A stretch of DNA of 64,000 bases, taken from IMG/VR virus record IMGVR_UViG_3300025674_000026. The stretch is one strand, 5' to 3'. How positions within the stretch are numbered: the first letter of the stretch is position 1; each line of letters starts with the position of its first letter. A program made the translations under genes and the position numbers. This document shows positions 38,749 through 47,578 of this stretch, piece by piece. The notes under the pieces were generated by a model. That model made no database searches and was not told where the DNA came from. It saw only the letters and a program-made list of their open reading frames with translations. Source of the stretch: an uncultured virus (IMG/VR IMGVR_UViG_3300025674_000026). Lineage: Duplodnaviria > Heunggongvirae > Uroviricota > Caudoviricetes.

Positions 38749-39516
38749 ATGGGTCGGTTGAGTAAAAAAATAGCTGAATCTAGTCAACCAGATTTTAGTA
38801 GTAATGAACCTGTTAATTATGTAACTGAGACTGAAGAAGTCACAGTTGAAGAGGAACCAGTTCCCGTTGAAGTTGAAGAGACAGTAGAAGAAATCCAAGA
38901 GGTTGATGATACGTCTGTTGAGGAAACACCAATGGAAACACCAAAAAAGAAAAGAATACCAATAAAAGCCGCTCTGTTGGTATTAGGCACAGTGATTGGA
39001 ATAGGACATGTTGGTGTTATTGGACATCTGTTGAACGCAACCAGACCACAATATCCAGTTATAAATTTCCCACAAGGCAATTATTCGTCTTACAAAATGG
39101 AAGCAACAAGAGACGGATATAGAATTGAATATAAAGCAAACGATCCTGCTATTCTAGAATCCGAAAGATCTCTCCAAGTTGATCAAGAGAAGAGAGGATT
39201 ATTTGGCGGTACAACTCGCAGAAGAGAATACCGAACAGATCAATTCACTATGGATGGTTCTAGAAACTTAGGAGGCGGGGCAGTTGACCCCGAGGGAAAG
39301 TTAGGTGCGAAAAGCGAAGAGTGCATAGTGGCGGACGCTGGCGCACGGAGTCAAGGTGCGATGGCGGGAACCGCAATTAGTGCAGGTTTAATTGTTCCAG
39401 CAGTCTCTAATATTCCTTATGTTGGTTGGTTGGCATCTGGATGGGCACTACTCTTAGGTCAGAAGATGGGTTCTGAAATCGGTTCTGAAGTTGGTAGTGT
39501 ATTTAATGATTGCTGA
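38749..39516 (+). CDS. Hypothetical membrane protein (acidic N-terminus, TM helix, C-terminal glycine-zipper-like region)
   Basis: CATAAATA promoter at 38720; KKKRIP followed by hydrophobic AALLVLGTVIGIGHVGVIG; GAMAG...GSEIGSEVG. Confidence 0.65.
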   Translation: MGRLSKKIAESSQPDFSSNEPVNYVTETEEVTVEEEPVPVEVEETVEEIQEVDDTSVEETPMETPKKKRIPIKAALLVLGTVIGIGHVGVIGHLLNATRPQYPVINFPQGNYSSYKMEATRDGYRIEYKANDPAILESERSLQVDQEKRGLFGGTTRRREYRTDQFTMDGSRNLGGGAVDPEGKLGAKSEECIVADAGARSQGAMAGTAISAGLIVPAVSNIPYVGWLASGWALLLGQKMGSEIGSEVGSVFNDC

Positions 39517-39553
39517 TATAAAGCTAAATACTAATGGAGATTCCTGAACAATC

Positions 39554-40102
39554 ATGGCAGTTAGAAAACAACCCAAATCTTCTGTTTGGGAAAAACAAAT
39601 ACAGAATAGGAACTTTCTTTCCCCTGTCGGGTTCAAGTTCAATCTCCAAAAAGCACCAAAGGTAGATTTCTTTTCAAACTCTACTGGAATTCCTGGTATT
39701 GATCTAGGTGTTGCAATTCAATCCACATATCTGAAAAATATTCCAGTACCTGGCGACAAACTGGAGTATAGAGATTTCAGTATTCAGTTCATGATTGACG
39801 AGAATCTAGAAAACTATCTAGAAATTCATGACTGGATGAGAGGATTGGGATATCCAGAAAGTGTTCAGGAACATCTAGATCTAACGGAAGATGGATTGTT
39901 GAATCAATTCTCAGATGGAACTCTGATTATTTACAACAGTAACTTCAGAGAAATTGCCAAGGTAACCTTCCAAGATATGTTCCCAGTGTCATTGACCCCA
40001 GTTGAATTTGACGCTAAAGAAACTGATATAAATTATATTATGGCAGAAGCCACTTTTAAATATACTATTTTCAACGTGGAGAGTTTGGTGTATGAATCTT
40101 GA
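39554..40102 (+). CDS. gp3: Tail completion/tube terminator gp3
   Basis: NRNFLSPVGFKF...PGDKLEY...FMIDENLENYLEIHDWM...FPVSL...ATFKY; CTAAATA at 39524. Confidence 0.88.
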   Translation: MAVRKQPKSSVWEKQIQNRNFLSPVGFKFNLQKAPKVDFFSNSTGIPGIDLGVAIQSTYLKNIPVPGDKLEYRDFSIQFMIDENLENYLEIHDWMRGLGYPESVQEHLDLTEDGLLNQFSDGTLIIYNSNFREIAKVTFQDMFPVSLTPVEFDAKETDINYIMAEATFKYTIFNVESLVYES

Positions 40103-40520
40103 GATGATTCAAGAACTTTGGGAGAAAGACTCAAAGATTGATAATGATGAATTGCATACCGAATCAACTAAAATCCCTTCGCTTCATGCGAAATATTATA
40201 AGATCTTTAATAATATTTTGTTGCTGAAAAAGGGACAAGAAAACAAGTACAAAGTTTTAAAAAAAGAAAAGTGGGAATACTACACAGGTAAGGCACACCC
40301 AGATGTGTATATAAACAACCCCTTTGATTACAAGGTTTTAAAAGCAGACCTAGACAAATATCTTGATGCAGATGATGAACTCATCAGATGTGTTACCAAG
40401 ATGGAATACTACGACATGATGCTTTCTTATTTGGAAAGTATTATCAAGGTAATTCTGAATAGGACTTATCAAGTGAAGAATGCTATCGAATGGCAGAGGT
40501 TTATTAGAGGTTATGACTGA
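40092..40520 (+). CDS. uvsY: Recombination mediator UvsY
   Basis: DSKID...ES.KIPSLHAKY...WEYYTGKA...KNAIEWQRF. Confidence 0.9.
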   Translation: MNLEMIQELWEKDSKIDNDELHTESTKIPSLHAKYYKIFNNILLLKKGQENKYKVLKKEKWEYYTGKAHPDVYINNPFDYKVLKADLDKYLDADDELIRCVTKMEYYDMMLSYLESIIKVILNRTYQVKNAIEWQRFIRGYD

Positions 40521-41976
40521 TTTAGTTATCTCAAAAAAGAACGAAGTATACCTTAAGATTCAAGCGGAACCATACGTTAATCAGGAACTATCTGATCATT
40601 TTACATTTGATGTTCCTGGTGCAAAATTTATGCCTCAATACAGAAGTAAGTATTGGGATGGAAAGATTCGTCTATACTCAACTGCAACTGGTGAGATCTA
40701 CGTTGGTCTCTTGGACAAGGTTGTTGCATGGGCAAAAAAATCTGGGTATACCGTTACATTTGAAGATAACAAGTTCTATGGAACTCCATTCGAACATAAC
40801 GATATGGTGTCCATAGAGGGTGTTAAGGACTACATGACATCCATCTCTAGACATTCACCCCGAGACTATCAGGTGGAGGGTGTCTACGACGCTCTGAGGT
40901 ACAACAGACGACTCTTAATATCACCAACGGCATCTGGAAAATCACTGATGATCTATTCGATTGTCAGATACTTTACAGAACAAGATAAAAAGATTTTACT
41001 TGTCGTTCCAACAACCTCACTTGTAGAACAAATGTTCAAAGACTTTGAGGACTATGGTTGGAATGCTGAACAATACTGTCATAAGATTTACTCTGGTAGA
41101 GAGAGAACAAATAAGAATCCTGTAACGATTACAACCTGGCAGTCAATCTACAAGTTAGATAAAAAGTTCTTTGATGGATTTGATGTAGTTATTGGTGATG
41201 AAGCACACCAGTTTAAATCCAAGTCACTCATTGGCATTATGACCAAGTTGAGAGATACAAAATATAGATATGGATTTACTGGAACTCTCGATGGATCACA
41301 AACACATAAGTGGGTTCTAGAAGGACTATTTGGTCCAAGTTATAAGATTACACAAACTAAAGATCTTATTGATAAAGGTCACCTTTCCAAACTAGACATT
41401 AGAGTTCTTTTACTAAAGCATCCACCACAGAAGTTTGAGAAGTATGAGGATGAAATTCAATATCTAATCTCCCATGAACAGAGAAATAATTTCATCAAGA
41501 ACCTTGCTTTATCTCTGAAAGGTAACACTCTTATTTTATACAGTAGAGTGGAGACTCATGGACAGGTCATTTATGATCTAATAAATAATTCTATTGGATC
41601 CGAAAGGAAACTATTCTATGTCCATGGCGGTGTAGATGCCGAAGAGAGAGAACTAGTTAGAGAAGTTACTGAAAAAGAAGAAGATGCAATCATTGTGGCA
41701 TCATATGGAACATTCTCAACTGGTATTAATATTAAAAACTTACACAATGTAGTGTTTGCTTCTCCAAGTAAATCAAGAATCAGAAATCTACAATCAATCG
41801 GAAGAGTTCTAAGAAAAGGAAATAACAAATCAAAAGCAATGCTTTATGATATTGCAGATGATTGCACTCACAATTCCAAAAAGAACTATACACTAAATCA
41901 CTTAATTGAAAGAATTAAGGTCTATAACGAAGAAAACTTTAACTATGAATTCAATCAGATTAAACTAAAGCAATAA
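40513..41976 (+). CDS. uvsW: DNA helicase UvsW
   Basis: WDGKIRL, PRDYQ, SPTASGKS, GDEAH, GTFSTGINI, LQSIGRVLR; the ATG at 40513 follows GAGG. Confidence 0.95.
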   Translation: MTDLVISKKNEVYLKIQAEPYVNQELSDHFTFDVPGAKFMPQYRSKYWDGKIRLYSTATGEIYVGLLDKVVAWAKKSGYTVTFEDNKFYGTPFEHNDMVSIEGVKDYMTSISRHSPRDYQVEGVYDALRYNRRLLISPTASGKSLMIYSIVRYFTEQDKKILLVVPTTSLVEQMFKDFEDYGWNAEQYCHKIYSGRERTNKNPVTITTWQSIYKLDKKFFDGFDVVIGDEAHQFKSKSLIGIMTKLRDTKYRYGFTGTLDGSQTHKWVLEGLFGPSYKITQTKDLIDKGHLSKLDIRVLLLKHPPQKFEKYEDEIQYLISHEQRNNFIKNLALSLKGNTLILYSRVETHGQVIYDLINNSIGSERKLFYVHGGVDAEERELVREVTEKEEDAIIVASYGTFSTGINIKNLHNVVFASPSKSRIRNLQSIGRVLRKGNNKSKAMLYDIADDCTHNSKKNYTLNHLIERIKVYNEENFNYEFNQIKLKQ

Positions 41977-42377
41977 TGGAAGAAGAATTTTACGGATCAA
42001 TAAAATTAATTTCTGGAGAAGAGATCTTTGCTGAAATTCTTCCTGTAGAAGAAAACGGTAGAACAGTTTTAGTTCTCAGTGATCCTGTTGAAATTGAAAC
42101 AGTTTCTCTTGGTCCTGTAGAAGGTCTGCGAATGATTCCTTGGATTAGATGTCTTTCTAAAGAAGGCATCGTAATTGTCCCTATGGATAAAGTCATTACT
42201 GTAGTAGAAGCAACAGAAGAGTCTGAAGTTGTTGATTCTTACATGAAGTTTGTTAGACAAAAAAATAACACCTCCTCAGAAAAGGGAAAGGTGTCCGAAA
42301 GAATGGGTTACAAAACTTCTGTTAAAGAAGCAAGAGCTTACTTAGAAAAGATCTATAGAAGCAAAGCTAAAGAGTAA
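41976..42377 (+). CDS. Sm-like domain protein
   Basis: IKLISGEEIFAEI...DPVEI...IPW...KVITVVE pattern, shared with three other ORFs in this window. Confidence 0.6.
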   Translation: MEEEFYGSIKLISGEEIFAEILPVEENGRTVLVLSDPVEIETVSLGPVEGLRMIPWIRCLSKEGIVIVPMDKVITVVEATEESEVVDSYMKFVRQKNNTSSEKGKVSERMGYKTSVKEARAYLEKIYRSKAKE

Positions 42378-42400
42378 TTGTTTTGAACTCTGACAGAGTT

Positions 42401-42429
42401 ATTATATGAGCTTTGGACAGCCGTGTCAA
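42401..42429 (-). promoter_or_regulatory. Perfect sigma70-consensus promoter on the minus strand
   Basis: The reverse complement reads TTGACA-cggctgtccaaagctca (17 nt)-TATAAT. Confidence 0.75.
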
Positions 42430-42430
42430 G

Positions 42431-42459
42431 TTGCAATTAAATTGTTTATGTGTTAGTAT
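42431..42459 (+). promoter_or_regulatory. Sigma70-like promoter for gp55
   Basis: TTGCAA-17 nt-TAGTAT upstream of the gp55 RBS GAGGA. Confidence 0.55.
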
Positions 42460-42494
42460 TGTAACCAACAGGAACAATAACGAGGACTTATGGT

Positions 42495-42977
42495 ATGCCA
42501 CCAGGAAAAACCAGAAAGAGATCTGAACACTATGTAAACAATAAAGAATTTTTGTATGCAATTGTTCAGTACAAAAAAGATGTAGAGGCAGCAGAAGCAG
42601 CAGGTGAACCAAAACCAAGGATTACAAACTATCTTGGTGAATGTTTTCTGAAGATTGCCACGCACCTTTCTTACAAACCAAACTTTGTCAACTACATGTT
42701 CCGTGAGGACATGATCTGCGACGGCATTGAAAACTGCGTACAATATATTCACAACTTCAATCCAGAGAAATCCACGAATCCATTTGCTTACTTTACGCAA
42801 ATTATTCACTATGCTTTCCTCCGTCGTATTCAGAAGGAGAAAAAGCAAATGGAAATCAGAACCAAGATCATTGAGAAGTCTGGTTATGATGAAGTTTTCA
42901 CTGTAGATGATGACTACGGTAATGCATTCGAATATAATGGCATCAAAGATGCAGTCCAGTCTAAAATGAATCAATAA
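42495..42977 (+). CDS. gp55: Late-transcription sigma factor gp55
   Basis: HYVNNKEF...IATHLSYKPNF..Y...DMICDGIENC...NPFAYFTQIIHYAFLRRIQKEK. Confidence 0.96.
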   Translation: MPPGKTRKRSEHYVNNKEFLYAIVQYKKDVEAAEAAGEPKPRITNYLGECFLKIATHLSYKPNFVNYMFREDMICDGIENCVQYIHNFNPEKSTNPFAYFTQIIHYAFLRRIQKEKKQMEIRTKIIEKSGYDEVFTVDDDYGNAFEYNGIKDAVQSKMNQ

Positions 42978-44020
42978 TGAAGATTGCGATTATCACTGAT
43001 ACTCACTATGGTGGACGCCGTGGGAGTAAGTTTTTTCATGATTACTTTCAACAATTCTATGACAATGTTTTCTTTCCTACTCTAGAGGAGAGGGGAATCA
43101 AGCACTGCGTTCATATGGGAGATGCGTTTGATAATCGCAAGAGTATTGATTACTGGTCTCTCGATTGGGCAAAGAAACATGTCTATGATCGATTCAGAGA
43201 TCTAGATGTAAAAGTTTGGCAACTGGTTGGTAACCATGATGCTTACTATAAGAATACTAATGAAGTAAATTCTATCGATTGTCTTCTTGATTACTACGAC
43301 AATATTGTTCCTATTTCTAGTCCTGGTGATCACGACATTGATGGATTTAAAGCATTCATGATTCCTTGGATCTGTGCAGACAACCAAGAGGAAACAGAAA
43401 CTAAAATTAAAAAGTCAAAGTCCAAGATTGCTTTTGGTCATCTTGAGATTCATGGATTTGCATTGTATCCTGGATACACACAACCTGGTGGTATTGATAA
43501 GTCCTTCTTTGATAAGTTCAATCTAGTATTCTCTGGGCACTATCATACTCGTAGTAATGATGGTCAGATTTATTACCTAGGCAATCCTTATCAGTTGTAT
43601 TGGAATGACTGTAATGATAAGAGGGGATTCAGTATCTTTGATACGGAAACCTATGAACTAGAGTTCATTGAGAATCCTTATACGATGTTCGATAAGATCT
43701 ACTATGAGGATACTCCACATCAGTTGTTCAAGGCACATCTTTACGAAGGTAAAATTGTAAAACTGATTGTTCGCAAAAAGTCTGATCAACTCAAGTACGA
43801 TAAGTTTGTAGAGAAACTCCTTCTTTCAAATGTTGCTGAACTGAAGATTGTTGAGAATCTCGAAGTTAATGACTCTGAGGTTGACTTCACTGGAGAGAAA
43901 ATTGAAGATACATTAACACTTTTGGATAAATACATCGAAGACTCTGACTTCGAGTTGGAGAAGGATAGAGTAAAACAACTTCTTCGAGAAGTTTATCAGG
44001 AAGCGTGCGAAATGGAGTAA
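42977..44020 (+). CDS. gp47: Recombination endonuclease subunit gp47 (Mre11-like)
   Basis: DTHYG, GDAFD, GNHD, GHLE, SGHYH. Confidence 0.95.
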   Translation: MKIAIITDTHYGGRRGSKFFHDYFQQFYDNVFFPTLEERGIKHCVHMGDAFDNRKSIDYWSLDWAKKHVYDRFRDLDVKVWQLVGNHDAYYKNTNEVNSIDCLLDYYDNIVPISSPGDHDIDGFKAFMIPWICADNQEETETKIKKSKSKIAFGHLEIHGFALYPGYTQPGGIDKSFFDKFNLVFSGHYHTRSNDGQIYYLGNPYQLYWNDCNDKRGFSIFDTETYELEFIENPYTMFDKIYYEDTPHQLFKAHLYEGKIVKLIVRKKSDQLKYDKFVEKLLLSNVAELKIVENLEVNDSEVDFTGEKIEDTLTLLDKYIEDSDFELEKDRVKQLLREVYQEACEME

Positions 44021-44022
44021 GT

Positions 44023-44301
44023 ATGTATATCTTATCTCTAGACGGAAAAGAAGGCGAAAGTGAAGGAGCTTACGCATTAGAAGATGATGATGGAGATAAG
44101 GCACTATACTTATTTGAGGACGAAGATGATGCTTCTAGATATGCAGGTCTTCTAGAGGCAGATGATTACTTAAACTTAAATGTCGTTGAAATTGACGATG
44201 AGGTTGCAATTGAGGCCTGTAACAGGTATAATTACAAGTATGTGATTATATCTACTGACGATATAGTGTTCCCACCATATGATTATATTCAAGAAGATTA
44301 G
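44023..44301 (+). CDS. DUF3110-like small protein
   Basis: LFEDEDDASRYAGLLEADDY motif; ATG at 44023. Confidence 0.6.
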   Translation: MYILSLDGKEGESEGAYALEDDDGDKALYLFEDEDDASRYAGLLEADDYLNLNVVEIDDEVAIEACNRYNYKYVIISTDDIVFPPYDYIQED

Positions 44302-45994
44302 ATGGCGTAATTTCCTTTCTACTGGAAATGTATTCACTGAGATTGACATTACAAAATCGAATACCAATCTGATCGTTGGAACTAATGGTGCTGGAAAGTC
44401 AACCATTCTAGATGCTCTTACGTTTGTTCTTTATAACAAACCATTTAGAAAAATTAGTAAGACTCAACTTGTAAACAGTGTTAATGAGAAAGACTGTCTG
44501 GTTGAGATTGAATTTGATATTTCTAACAAACAATATAAAGTAGTTCGTGGAATCAAACCCAATAGGTTTGAAATTCATATCGACGGCAAACTTCAAGATC
44601 AGTCCTCTGCAACAACTGATCAACAGAAGTCACTCGAAGAGAACATTCTTAAACTAAACTATAAGTCTTTTACTCAGACGGTCATCCTGGGGTCTGCAAC
44701 ATTCGTTCCCTTTATGCAATTGTCTGCTGCTAATCGTAGGGACATTGTTGAGGATCTTCTGGATATTCGTATCTTCTCTGGTATGGGATCTCTCCTCAAA
44801 GAGAGAATTAGAAGCGCCAATGAAATTATCAGAGAACTTTCCATCAAGAGGGACATGGTGGAAGAAAAAATTGTCATGCAAAAACAGTTCATTGACAATC
44901 TCGATAAGAAAGGTAAGGCGAATATTGCATCGAAAGAATCAAAAGTTTCCGAACTATTGGATCTTGCTGACGAACTCGTGAGTAAAAATAGTGAACTTTC
45001 TAAAAAGATTGTGGAAGAGTATCAACCACAACTCGAATCTTTCGGTTCCTCTTCTGACGCATTGAAGAAGATGAATTCTATCAAGGCAAAACTGGAACAA
45101 AAGATACAAACTATCACGAACGAACATAAATTTTTTAATGATAATACGGTTTGCCCTACCTGTGATCAGGCAATAGAAGAGGAGTTTCGTGTAAATAGAA
45201 TTGGAGAGATTGAGTCCAAAGTAAAAGAAATAAATTCGGCATACAAAGAACTTAAGGTTTCTATAACTGAAGAACAGGAAAAAGAGACAAAGTTTCTGCA
45301 GCTCTCTAAGCAGATAACGTCACTCAATTATGACATTTCAACAAACAATACAAAGATTACTGAATACCAAAGACAATCCAGAGACCTGGAAACTGAAATT
45401 CAAGAAATTACCTCGCAGATTGAAAATAGAAATGCTGAGAGAAGCACACTTAAGAAGTTAGAGAGTGACCTTAAAGGTTTAGAGAAACAGAAGTCTACCA
45501 ACACTGAGAATATTTCCTACCTTAATTTTGCACATTCCTTGATGAAGGATAGTGGTGTGAAGTCGAAGATCATTAAAAGATATTTGCCTGTGATGAATCA
45601 ATACATCAACAAATATCTACAGATGATGGATTTCTACATCAACTTTACTCTTGACGAAGAGTTTAAAGAACATGTTAAGTCTCCTATTCATGAGAACTTT
45701 AGTTATGAGTCCTTCTCTGAAGGAGAGAAGATGAGGATTGACCTTGCTCTTCTATTCACTTGGAGAGATATTTCTAAGATGAAGAACTCAGCATCAACAA
45801 ATCTGTTAATCCTTGACGAGATTTTTGATAGTTCTCTTGATGGTACAGGAACGGATGAGTTTACTAAGATAATTAGATATGCAATCAAAGGAGCAAATAT
45901 CTTCTTGATTTCTCATAACACTCAGGAACTAACTGATAAGTTTGAGAATATTATTTCCTTTGAGAAAGTAAATGGATTCAGTAAAGTATTATGA
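44279..45994 (+). CDS. gp46: Recombination ATPase gp46 (Rad50-like)
   Basis: GTNGAGKST, CPTC zinc hook, FSEGE signature, LILDEIFDSSLD. Confidence 0.96.
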   Translation: MIIFKKIRWRNFLSTGNVFTEIDITKSNTNLIVGTNGAGKSTILDALTFVLYNKPFRKISKTQLVNSVNEKDCLVEIEFDISNKQYKVVRGIKPNRFEIHIDGKLQDQSSATTDQQKSLEENILKLNYKSFTQTVILGSATFVPFMQLSAANRRDIVEDLLDIRIFSGMGSLLKERIRSANEIIRELSIKRDMVEEKIVMQKQFIDNLDKKGKANIASKESKVSELLDLADELVSKNSELSKKIVEEYQPQLESFGSSSDALKKMNSIKAKLEQKIQTITNEHKFFNDNTVCPTCDQAIEEEFRVNRIGEIESKVKEINSAYKELKVSITEEQEKETKFLQLSKQITSLNYDISTNNTKITEYQRQSRDLETEIQEITSQIENRNAERSTLKKLESDLKGLEKQKSTNTENISYLNFAHSLMKDSGVKSKIIKRYLPVMNQYINKYLQMMDFYINFTLDEEFKEHVKSPIHENFSYESFSEGEKMRIDLALLFTWRDISKMKNSASTNLLILDEIFDSSLDGTGTDEFTKIIRYAIKGANIFLISHNTQELTDKFENIISFEKVNGFSKVL

Positions 45995-47508
45995 GTATAT
46001 CTAAAATTTGTGTTCTTGGTGGAGGAACCGCTGGTTTTATGACTGCAGCGGTTCTTTCTCAGCACGTAAAGAATTCTAACTTGGATGTTGAAGTTAAGTG
46101 TATTTACTCATCTAAGATTGGAATCATTGGTGTTGGTGAATCAACTCAGTTGGCAATCAACGACATCTTTCAGTTTCTTAATCTTGAAGATAAAGATTGG
46201 ATGTCAAAATGCAATGCGACTTATAAGTCCAATGTTAGATTTGAATCTTGGTGTAATCCAGGCGAAATCTTCTATTATCCCTTTGGTGATTTGAGTGGAA
46301 ACGATCTCACAGATTTTTTTGTGATGATGGAACTCTTTCCAGATGAAGTAAAGAAAGATCAGTTTGCTAGATTTGTTAGTGATCATTCTAGGTTTGCGGA
46401 GCTTAATAGACTGACAGATACGGGTTGGCAATTTAAAAGATTGACCGCTTATCATTTTGATACTCATCTATTGTCCAAAATCTTGTATGACGTTGGACTT
46501 AAGAATGGAGTTGAGTTCGTCGATGATACTTATCTCCATTCTCATCATAACTCCAAAGGCATTGAGAGAATTACTTGTGATCAGACTGGAGATCACTATG
46601 CAGATCTTTTTGTTGACTGTACTGGATTTAAGTCATTGTTGATTGGAGATGAGATGAAAGTTCCTTTCATTCCATATTCAGATACACTTATCAATAACAG
46701 GGTACTCACAGCAAAGATTCCTTATGAGAACAAGGAAGAACAAATCAAACATTATACAAATAATGTCACCATGAATAATGGATGGTGCTGGGAGATTCCT
46801 CTTTGGGATGGTCTATCCGTTGGGTATGTTCATAGTTTGAAGTTCTCCAGTGAAGAAGAAATTCAAGCGGAGTTTATTGATAGGTATGGTGATGTTCCTA
46901 CAAATGTAGTGAACTTCAAAACTGGAAGGAGAGAGAAGGGATGGGTCAAGAATGTTGCTTCTGTTGGACTTGCATATGGTTTCATTGAACCATTAGAAGC
47001 AACTGGTCTTGCATCTATTATTGAAAACATTTTTAGACTTCTTGAAGTCTTTTCTTCTAATCATAGAATCAATGCTTTTGATAGGGAACTGTTTAATCAT
47101 GCAGTCTCTGTTGAATTGGATGGACAAAAGACTTTCATTGATATGCATTATGCTGCCGCTCAGAAATCTGATACTGAATACTGGTATCATGTGACCAATG
47201 AGATTGAGTATGACTGGTCTGCTGGTAACTGTCAGAGGTGTTTGGATTCAACCATTGGAGATAGGAATTATTCTGATAAAGCATCAAACGGAGGTAATCC
47301 ATTTATCCTGGTTGGAAATGATTATAGTCCCTTGTCTTCTGGGTTTATACAATCATTGGGTAATGCATCTAAAGGACATAAATCCTTAGATATAAGTTAC
47401 TATAGTCAAATTAAAAATAATTGGTTGAGTGGTGACAAGTCACGAAATGAACAGGTTTTGAAATATCCTACAACATTTGAGTACTTGAGCAATACTGTGT
47501 ACGCCTGA
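45991..47508 (+). CDS. Second flavin-dependent (tryptophan-type) halogenase
   Basis: GGGTAG, IGVGEST, ATYK, FVDCTGF, GWCWEIP, GFIEPLEATG. Confidence 0.9.
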   Translation: MSISKICVLGGGTAGFMTAAVLSQHVKNSNLDVEVKCIYSSKIGIIGVGESTQLAINDIFQFLNLEDKDWMSKCNATYKSNVRFESWCNPGEIFYYPFGDLSGNDLTDFFVMMELFPDEVKKDQFARFVSDHSRFAELNRLTDTGWQFKRLTAYHFDTHLLSKILYDVGLKNGVEFVDDTYLHSHHNSKGIERITCDQTGDHYADLFVDCTGFKSLLIGDEMKVPFIPYSDTLINNRVLTAKIPYENKEEQIKHYTNNVTMNNGWCWEIPLWDGLSVGYVHSLKFSSEEEIQAEFIDRYGDVPTNVVNFKTGRREKGWVKNVASVGLAYGFIEPLEATGLASIIENIFRLLEVFSSNHRINAFDRELFNHAVSVELDGQKTFIDMHYAAAQKSDTEYWYHVTNEIEYDWSAGNCQRCLDSTIGDRNYSDKASNGGNPFILVGNDYSPLSSGFIQSLGNASKGHKSLDISYYSQIKNNWLSGDKSRNEQVLKYPTTFEYLSNTVYA

Positions 47509-47510
47509 CA

Positions 47511-47566
47511 AAGTGTCCTAGTGTGGGGTTCTGGCCCCTCCTTTGTGAGTTATACTGGGTTCATAC
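47511..47566 (+). promoter_or_regulatory. Putative phage early promoter
   Basis: AAGTGTCCTA box 40 nt before TATACT (47551), then TCATAC at +10; same architecture as 49731-49786. Confidence 0.6.
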
Positions 47567-47578
47567 GAAACGAGGCTA

